From Escherichia coli (GTDB taxonomy: Bacteria > Pseudomonadota > Gammaproteobacteria > Enterobacterales > Enterobacteriaceae): a stretch of DNA of 9,233 nt. The notes under the pieces were generated by a model. It saw nothing but the letters and a program-made list of their open reading frames with translations. It did no database searches and was not told the origin of the DNA. A program made the position numbers and the translations under genes. This document shows, piece by piece, positions 4,974 to 9,233 of this stretch (position 1 is the first letter of the stretch; every line of letters starts with the position of its first letter). The DNA lies in the NCBI RefSeq assembly GCF_003334255.1, contig NZ_QOWU01000090.1. One strand, written 5' to 3'.

Positions 4974-5297
4974 ATGAGCAATTACGAATTACAGATTTTC
5001 GTTGATAACGACACCGCTATGATGATTCAGGCTTTCAGTGATTCCGGTGTATCAATTGATTTTGACAGGCTGTTAAAGCTGATGGCTGATAATGCAGAAA
5101 ACATCTCTGACTTTATTCAGTCGGTGGAGTTTAACGAGCCTCGAATGATGCTACCAATTACCGACTCAAACATGAAAAGATTGGTTATCGAGCAAACGAA
5201 CAAACACAGTATTTCCCCAGAGCAATTTTTGAAAGGTGCTGTGACAATCCTGCACAGCGATAATATTCTGGTGACGGATTCTATGAGGGTTCACTAA
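4974..5297 (+). CDS. Hypothetical 107-aa protein
   Basis: SD GAGGA (4963..4967), 6 nt, ATG 4974. The longer ORF start at 4911 lies inside the hairpin element and has no RBS. The C-terminal MLPITDSNMKRLVIEQTNKHSISPEQFLKGAV is weakly RHH-like. Confidence 0.6.
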   Translation: MSNYELQIFVDNDTAMMIQAFSDSGVSIDFDRLLKLMADNAENISDFIQSVEFNEPRMMLPITDSNMKRLVIEQTNKHSISPEQFLKGAVTILHSDNILVTDSMRVH

Positions 5298-5374
5298 TGG
5301 GATTGATAATTGCTTGGACAGCTTTAGGTTTATTTGTTGGTTGCTGGGTGGGCAACACAGTAAATAAGAATTGA
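5297..5374 (+). CDS. Possible 25-aa hydrophobic peptide (MGLIIAWTALGLFVGCWVGNTVNKN)
   Basis: ATG overlaps the stop of the preceding gene (TAATG, the same coupling as two other junctions in this window). One clean transmembrane-length hydrophobic stretch with a basic/polar tail. It is too short for statistical support. Confidence 0.3.
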   Translation: MGLIIAWTALGLFVGCWVGNTVNKN

Positions 5375-5406
5375 TGTTACCAATCTGTTAAAAAGCTGTT
5401 GACAAA
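5374..5406. promoter_or_regulatory. Three tandem 11-bp TGTT repeats ending on the -35 box
   Basis: ATGTTACCAAT 5374..5384, CTGTTAAAAAG 5385..5395, CTGTTGACAAA 5396..5406. The same unit and phase occur at 4031..4063. Confidence 0.55.
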
Positions 5407-5427
5407 TAACCTTAAGCATGGCATAAT
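5399..5427 (+). promoter_or_regulatory. Near-consensus sigma70 promoter with no adjacent conventional gene
   Basis: TTGACA (5399..5404), 17 nt, CATAAT (5422..5427). A second -10-like TATATA follows at 5430..5435. Confidence 0.65.
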
Positions 5428-5433
5428 TGTATA

Positions 5434-5652
5434 TATGAGGATAGTCTTCTATCCGAAGTCTATAGGAAGAGCAATTTTTCCTAAAATCATATTTTCAATA
5501 ATCCGATGGATGGATATTCTGAGTTGGAAAGGTGCAATGCTTTTCGTCATGGCCTTTCAGTTTAGTCTGAGAGGTCATCTCAAAAAGTGCTTAATCATTC
5601 ATTATTGAACCCTTACAGCTTTGCCCTAACTCATGATTAGGGCGTTTTCTTT
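5434..5652 (+). ncRNA. Candidate ~0.2-kb structured short transcript (promoter to first terminator); alternative reading is a leaderless 57-codon ORF at 5435..5608
   Basis: It is bounded by the promoter above and terminator T1. Hairpins: GGATAG-TCTT-CTATCC 5439..5454; TAGGAA-N9-TTCCTA 5463..5483; GAAAGG/CCTTTC 5527..5558; TGAGA-GGTCA-TCTCA 5568..5582. No SD-preceded ORF is present. An ATG at 5435 sits at the predicted +1 and opens MRIVFYPKSIGRAIFPK... (rich in ATA/AGA codons). Confidence 0.35.
5623..5652 (+). terminator. Intrinsic terminator T1
   Basis: GCCCTAA (5623..5629), 7-nt loop, TTAGGGC (5637..5643), then GTTTTCTTT. Confidence 0.65.
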
Positions 5653-5721
5653 AAGAGTTTTGAAACAGAGCTTTTAAAGAAAGTTTTCCTGAAACTTCGT
5701 TAACGTTATAAGCAAACCTTC

Positions 5722-5757
5722 AAAGCCCTTCACAGATTATGTTTAGGGCTTTTCTTA
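5722..5757 (+). terminator. Intrinsic terminator T2 (3' half nearly duplicates T1)
   Basis: AAAGCCCT (5722..5729), 15-nt loop, AGGGCTTT (5745..5752), within the T-rich run TTTTCTT (5750..5756). Confidence 0.55.
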
Positions 5758-5842
5758 ATAGAGCATCTTTAATAAATCGTTAAGTCATCTTCTAAGTGTA
5801 TTGGCGTTGAAGGTGCTCTATTAAGAAATAACCACACTTAGA
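5754..5842 (+). promoter_or_regulatory. Leader with two interleaved inverted repeats reaching the RBS of the 5854 gene
   Basis: CTTAATAGAGCA 5754..5765 / TGCTCTATTAAG 5814..5825 (12 bp perfect). TCTAAGTGT 5791..5799 / ACACTTAGA 5834..5842 (9 bp perfect); its 3' arm overlaps the start of the SD GAGGA 5841..5845. Confidence 0.45.
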
Positions 5843-5853
5843 GGAAAAAAATA

Positions 5854-6564
5854 ATGACAAACGATATTTACATTAATGGCAAAGTGATTGATAGCTTCGG
5901 TGACTGGTCACCACAGACTGAACATCCAGCTATCGCTATTCAGCGCAAAGAGCACGATGCGAGAATTGCACTTGAGCAATCGCTAAAGATGACACCAAAG
6001 GAAATTACCTTTGTGGCTCCTGAACCTCAAGAGATGCCCGATATTGGCAAAACTGAAGCATTATTTAATCTTGAGCGCGAATATTACCCACAGTTAAAAG
6101 AACAGCGCCTTAGATTAGATGACGCTTACAGCAAAGTTACCTTGATGCAATCAGCTATTGAGCCGTCAGAATTTGAGATTCAGGATGAATTGTCACAGAA
6201 ACCATTTGTCTATTACCAATACGAAGACAATGATGGTTTTGGTACTTTTCCAGAAAACATCACAGGCGTGATTAGTAGTCTTCCTGATGGATATCGAATT
6301 GTGAAGATGGTTAAAGCTTCAAGAGGTGCTGGTCAGTTTATTTACATGACCAATAAGAGCGATGAAGAACTCCGTGAAATTGCCAGACAGAACATCTTGG
6401 CATCACGTAACAAGCAACTTGAAAATGTTAAGTTGTATCTCTCAAGAGAGCTTCAGGCTATGAAAGAGCTTGTTAGTGAATATGAGTCGCAGAAGAAGAT
6501 TGCTATGCAAGCCGATATTGAGCAGCTTACGAAGATTTCTCAGAAGTATAGCAAAGCGATTTAA
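5854..6564 (+). CDS. Hypothetical 236-aa protein with a coiled-coil-like C-terminus
   Basis: SD GAGGA followed by an 8-nt spacer before the ATG. Long ORF with even, gene-like composition. The C-terminal ~70 aa are K/E/Q/L-rich (NKQLENVKLYLSRELQAMKELVSEYESQKKIAMQADIEQL). No family was recognised. Confidence 0.7.
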   Translation: MTNDIYINGKVIDSFGDWSPQTEHPAIAIQRKEHDARIALEQSLKMTPKEITFVAPEPQEMPDIGKTEALFNLEREYYPQLKEQRLRLDDAYSKVTLMQSAIEPSEFEIQDELSQKPFVYYQYEDNDGFGTFPENITGVISSLPDGYRIVKMVKASRGAGQFIYMTNKSDEELREIARQNILASRNKQLENVKLYLSRELQAMKELVSEYESQKKIAMQADIEQLTKISQKYSKAI

Positions 6565-6580
6565 TTTAAGTGAGGTGAGA

Positions 6581-6796
6581 ATGATTGATTTGCAACAGCG
6601 TTATGAAACTATTAAGTCGGCTTGTGAAAACTTAAAGTTACAAACCAAGCCAGCCTTAAGAATTAAAACCAAACATCAAATTATCACCTCACACAAACCA
6701 AAAACACGCAAGATTCCAAAGTGGTGTATTGACCGTATTCCTTCTGATGCTCAAATCATAGGTGAAACGGAATTACATTATCTTGTCCGACATTAA
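6581..6796 (+). CDS. Hypothetical 71-aa basic protein
   Basis: SD GAGGTGAG directly upstream of ATG 6581. The ORF track extends to 6470, but that extension overlaps the previous gene and lacks an RBS. Confidence 0.5.
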   Translation: MIDLQQRYETIKSACENLKLQTKPALRIKTKHQIITSHKPKTRKIPKWCIDRIPSDAQIIGETELHYLVRH

Positions 6797-6823
6797 AAAA
6801 GAATTGGTTGGGTAAAAATCAAC

Positions 6824-6866
6824 GGGAGAGATTATCGAGTGATATCGGTAGTTTCTCCCTTTTTTG
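6824..6866 (+). terminator. Intrinsic terminator after the 5854..6796 gene pair
   Basis: GGGAGA (6824..6829) pairs with TCTCCC (6854..6859). A short inner CGA/TCG pairing is possible. A TTTTTT run follows at 6860..6865. Confidence 0.5.
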
Positions 6867-6872
6867 TATGTG

Positions 6873-6915
6873 TGCTACGTGAAATCTTCTGAACAGATAT
6901 ACCCACCAAAAATTA
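6873..6915 (+). repeat. 43-bp direct repeat, copy A (promoter-like module upstream of the tape-measure gene)
   Basis: TGCTACGTGAAATCTTCTGAACAGATATACCCACCAAAAATTA. It is 36/43 identical to copy B at 9112..9154, and 25/27 over the first 27 nt. It contains TGAACA-17-TTATTT. GCTACGT 6874..6880 is inverted at ACGTAGC 6922..6928. Confidence 0.7.
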
Positions 6916-6956
6916 TTTTTTACGTAGCTCACGCTTAAAGAGGTGAAAAAATATGA

Positions 6957-9023
6957 ATGGCACAATTTAAAGTTGATGATTTTCTGATTGAGCTAGGTTT
7001 TAACTCTCAGAGGGTTTTAAAAGGTCTGGAAAAAGCCGAGAAACAAACGATGCAGGTAGCATCACGAATTGAGAAGCGATTGAATAAAGCTTTTAAAGTT
7101 AACCCTACGCCTTTAAATGATTCTCTCAAGGTCATGGAAAGAAATGTCGATAAAACTGTTTCCAAGATTGAGCAGCGTCTTAAAAACACTAAAGCGTTTA
7201 AGATTAAAACGGAAATTGAGGATACTTTAAAGCCACTTAGACAACCGAGACAGCCACGAATTAGCGGAAGCAGAGCAATTACAGCAGCGCATAGCGTGAA
7301 TATGAGCAAGCTTCGTGACTTTAATCCTATGCTTGAGAAGTATTTTAAAAGCCAGTATTACAGCTTAAGCAGTAAATCCAAGACACTTGGAAACGAAGCT
7401 TTTAATCGTGAGTTAGCAAAATTAAATCAATCTCTTCGTGAAACACTTTCTAAGTTTAACAAGACCACCAGCAAAAATAATCACAGTGAAAATGCTTCGA
7501 ATGGTCTGGATGTATTAGCTACGAGTGCAATCAAAGCAGGTACAGCCATTTATAGTTTTCAGACAGCCTTAGAAGCTTACAGGCGGATTATGGAGGTTGG
7601 TCTGAAAAAAGAAGCATCACAACGAGCGGCACAATTCGTTTTAGGTGATGAAGGTGCTAAACGAGCTACAGAATTTGTTAAGAATCTTGCTGATAGTAGT
7701 GGTGTAGACCAGATTGAAACATTAAGCAGTTTTGCTAAGTTTTCCGCTGGTGCTGGTGATATGAATGCAGACCAGAAAGAATCCTTATTTTCTAATGTGA
7801 TTGGTACATCCAGATTAATGGGGCTAAGCACCGATGAAATTAACGGGATTTTAAAAGCTTTCGAGCAGATGGCATCTAAAGGAAAGATTCAGGCTGAAGA
7901 GCTACGCGGTCAATTAGGTGACAGAATGGCAGGTGCTTTTCAGTTATTTGCCAGAAGTCTTGGGATGACTACGGAAGAATTAGACAAGGCTATGAAAGAC
8001 GGTAAGGTTCTTTCTAAAGATGTTCTCCCTAAAGTATCCGCTGAAATGGGAAAGATGATTGATAAAGCGGGAGGATGGGAAAAGATTATTAACTCTACTC
8101 AGACGCAGTTAGGCCGCTTAAGTAATTCATGGAATAATAATTTGGCCTTAATGTTCGATGGTTCACAGGAAGGTTTAACAGACTTTACAAGGTCACTGAC
8201 TAATTTACTTAATTCACTGGGTGGTCAATCTAAAAATCTTGGTGAACATTTTGGCGACTTGATGAAAAGCATGTCAAACGGTATTGATGATTTAACCACG
8301 ATTAGCTACCGAGTGCAGGGATTCTTTGACAGAGTGACCCTTGCTTACAGAGAATTAAATGACACTCAAAAAGCTGTAGCTGATGGTATCGCAAATGGCC
8401 TGTTAAGTGCATTAAAGGGACTTGCTGGTATTGTCGCTGTAAGGTCTGGTATTGGTGCTGTAGGTGGTATCTGGAACTTAATTAGGGCTATTTCCACGCT
8501 TGGGAATGTAGCAAATACAGCAGCAGGAAGAATTAATTCACGTTCTGGTGGTGTTGAAAGTGGAAAAAGTAGGCTATCTGTAGCTGATGCAATTACCAGA
8601 GTAATGATTGTCGGTATGACAACTGATGTGATTAATGCCATTGTCAAACCGTTCTATGAACGTCAGATGAGTAAGTCAGATAATCCGATTGATAAAGTTG
8701 TAAGGTCAAAGGTGGAACCCACAGACCAGGCATTAACTGGTGACATGAACTCTTTAGCCGCTGTTTTATGGGCTATGGTTCATGGCAAATCAAAAGATGT
8801 TCCACAGTTTTCACCTGAAGCATTAAATAATCTAAAAGGTCGAGTGGAAACATTCACACAAGATTTAAAGGTTATCAAGCCGTCAGTAAATATTCAGCCT
8901 CAGACAATCAATATCACAACTCAGACGGTACTTGATGGAAAGGTTATTGATGAAAGAACCACATCGCATATTAATCGTATGCAGGAAGATACCTTGATTA
9001 GCTCAGCTTACCCAGAGGAATAA
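6957..9023 (+). CDS. Phage tail length tape-measure protein
   Basis: 688-aa ORF. The core ...LMGLSTDEINGILKAFEQMASKGKIQAEELRGQLGDRMAGAFQLFARSLGMTTEELDKAMKDGKVLSKDVLPKV... is the conserved tape-measure block (TIGR02675-like). The N-terminal third is K/E-rich and helical. Gly/Ala/Ile-rich hydrophobic segments (GIANGLLSALKGLAGIVAVRSGIGAVGGIW) are typical of the family. SD GAGGTG lies at 6940..6945. Confidence 0.88.
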   Translation: MAQFKVDDFLIELGFNSQRVLKGLEKAEKQTMQVASRIEKRLNKAFKVNPTPLNDSLKVMERNVDKTVSKIEQRLKNTKAFKIKTEIEDTLKPLRQPRQPRISGSRAITAAHSVNMSKLRDFNPMLEKYFKSQYYSLSSKSKTLGNEAFNRELAKLNQSLRETLSKFNKTTSKNNHSENASNGLDVLATSAIKAGTAIYSFQTALEAYRRIMEVGLKKEASQRAAQFVLGDEGAKRATEFVKNLADSSGVDQIETLSSFAKFSAGAGDMNADQKESLFSNVIGTSRLMGLSTDEINGILKAFEQMASKGKIQAEELRGQLGDRMAGAFQLFARSLGMTTEELDKAMKDGKVLSKDVLPKVSAEMGKMIDKAGGWEKIINSTQTQLGRLSNSWNNNLALMFDGSQEGLTDFTRSLTNLLNSLGGQSKNLGEHFGDLMKSMSNGIDDLTTISYRVQGFFDRVTLAYRELNDTQKAVADGIANGLLSALKGLAGIVAVRSGIGAVGGIWNLIRAISTLGNVANTAAGRINSRSGGVESGKSRLSVADAITRVMIVGMTTDVINAIVKPFYERQMSKSDNPIDKVVRSKVEPTDQALTGDMNSLAAVLWAMVHGKSKDVPQFSPEALNNLKGRVETFTQDLKVIKPSVNIQPQTINITTQTVLDGKVIDERTTSHINRMQEDTLISSAYPEE

Positions 9024-9111
9024 ACAATGTTAGAGCTACTAATATTTATTGCCACACATGGCAATCTATTAATCTTTATCTAGTATGACGATTCAACTAT
9101 GAATAGTCGAA

Positions 9112-9154
9112 TGCTACGTGATTTCTTCTGAACAGATACCAACATCAAAAATTA
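9112..9154 (+). repeat. 43-bp direct repeat, copy B
   Basis: TGCTACGTGATTTCTTCTGAACAGATACCAACATCAAAAATTA. It is followed after 2 bp by the IS end. Confidence 0.7.
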
Positions 9155-9156
9155 GA

Positions 9157-9233
9157 TGAACCGCCCCGGGTTTCCTGGAGAGTGTTTTATCTGTGAACTC
9201 AGGCTGCCAGATCATTGTTTCCGATGGAAGCAT
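9157..9233 (-). mobile_element. Right end (IRR plus end of orfB) of an IS629/IS1203-like IS3-family insertion sequence, continuing beyond the window
   Basis: From 9157 the sequence reads TGAACCGCCCCGGGTTTCCTGGAGAGTGTTTTATCTGTGAACTCAGGCTGCCAGATCATTGTTTCCGATGGAAGCAT. From memory this is the reverse complement of the IS629-type right end (TG...CA termini, IR TGAACCGCCCCGGG). G+C jumps abruptly relative to the flanking DNA. Confidence 0.85.
9199..9233 (-). CDS. IS3-family transposase OrfB, C-terminal fragment (truncated by the window edge)
   Basis: The reverse-strand frame reads ...ASIGNNDLAA then stop (tca 9199..9201 on +), matching my recollection of the IS629 OrfB C-terminus (...YYASIGNDDLAA). 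Confidence 0.7.
   Translation of the reverse strand, partial: ASIGNNDLAA

Noticed and set aside
5399-5608. 69-aa ORF as given in the track (TTG start at 5399)
   Set aside because: Its first codon is the TTG of the -35 hexamer, so the first 12 codons would lie upstream of the transcription start. Only the leaderless 57-codon version from ATG 5435 remains conceivable. That version is kept as an alternative under the ncRNA feature.
6470-6580. Upstream extension of the 6581 gene overlapping the end of 5854..6564, considered as a tail-chaperone-style programmed frameshift
   Set aside because: The overlapping frame is +1, not -1, relative to the upstream gene. I saw no X-XXY-YYZ slippery heptamer in 6470..6564. 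A 37-codon open stretch is not improbable by chance. A strong SD+ATG at 6581 explains the downstream ORF.
2547-6959. Identical ATGAATG double-start context at the rep gene (2547..2553) and the tape-measure gene (6953..6959), with the first ATG opening a 3- or 5-codon out-of-frame ORF
   Set aside because: It is curious, but it is a 7-nt coincidence in AT-rich DNA. Nothing in the sequence alone suggests a regulatory role.
7007-8647. Three - strand ORFs (7007..7309, 7577..7831, 8366..8647) inside the tape-measure gene
   Set aside because: All are embedded antisense in a 688-codon ORF with a recognisable conserved core. They are hydrophobic, low-complexity shadow translations with no RBS.
9049-9064. 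Hairpin TTGCCA-CACA-TGGCAA after the tape-measure gene, considered as a terminator
   Set aside because: It has only a 6-bp stem, and the downstream tract (TCTATTAATCTTT) is not a proper U-run. It also lies inside the speculative mini-ORF.
126-9137. Recurring ACAGAT(A) hexamer (about 8-9 copies, e.g. 131, 431, 1365, 1377, 5732, 6892, 9132) as a global regulatory motif
   Set aside because: About 4-5 copies of any hexamer are expected on two strands of 9.2 kb, so the excess is weak. The meaningful copies are already explained by the 1375..1399 dyad and the 43-bp repeat.
9152-9233. Reverse-strand frame MLPSETMIWQPEFTDKTLSRKPGAVHL... reading out through the IS terminal repeat
   Set aside because: It crosses the IS boundary into flanking DNA. 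The frame ending ...ASIGNNDLAA* matches the expected OrfB C-terminus instead.
1-9233. CRISPR arrays, tRNA/tmRNA/rRNA genes, retron or DGR-type repeats
   Set aside because: No regularly spaced repeat-spacer array was seen, nor a cloverleaf-compatible sequence, a reverse-transcriptase ORF or a template/variable repeat pair on either strand.

Overview
AT-rich (about 60% A+T by eye) mosaic mobile-element DNA. It reads like the recombination, replication and early-regulatory region of a temperate phage, phage-plasmid or satellite, running into a tail tape-measure gene. An IS629-like IS3-family element interrupts it at the right edge. Left to right: (1) a small serine recombinase (- strand) surrounded by short repeat families; (2) a phage Dam-type N6-adenine methyltransferase fused to a resolvase-type HTH; (3) a replication-initiator-like HTH protein whose own coding sequence carries four phased iterons and an AT-rich 12-bp repeat tract, a lambda O/ori-lambda style layout; it is preceded by a promoter, an 11-codon leader ORF and an attenuator-like terminator; (4) back-to-back promoters with overlapping -35 boxes, driving a 61-aa membrane protein (-) and an operon of small RHH/HTH-like proteins (+); (5) a near-consensus promoter firing into about 0.2 kb of structured sequence with no conventional (SD-led) gene, only a possible leaderless 57-codon ORF, closed by two related terminators and sitting just upstream of the structural block; (6) two hypothetical genes, a terminator, and a 688-aa tape-measure protein bracketed by a 43-bp direct repeat; (7) the IS end. 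No tRNA, rRNA or CRISPR array was seen. The best candidate for something undescribed is the regulatory complex at 3776..5853. It combines the divergent switch, 11-bp-phased TGTT repeats shared by two promoters, and the promoter/short-RNA/twin-terminator checkpoint, with no recognisable antiterminator or repressor family. All functional calls come from reading motifs by eye. No database search was possible.
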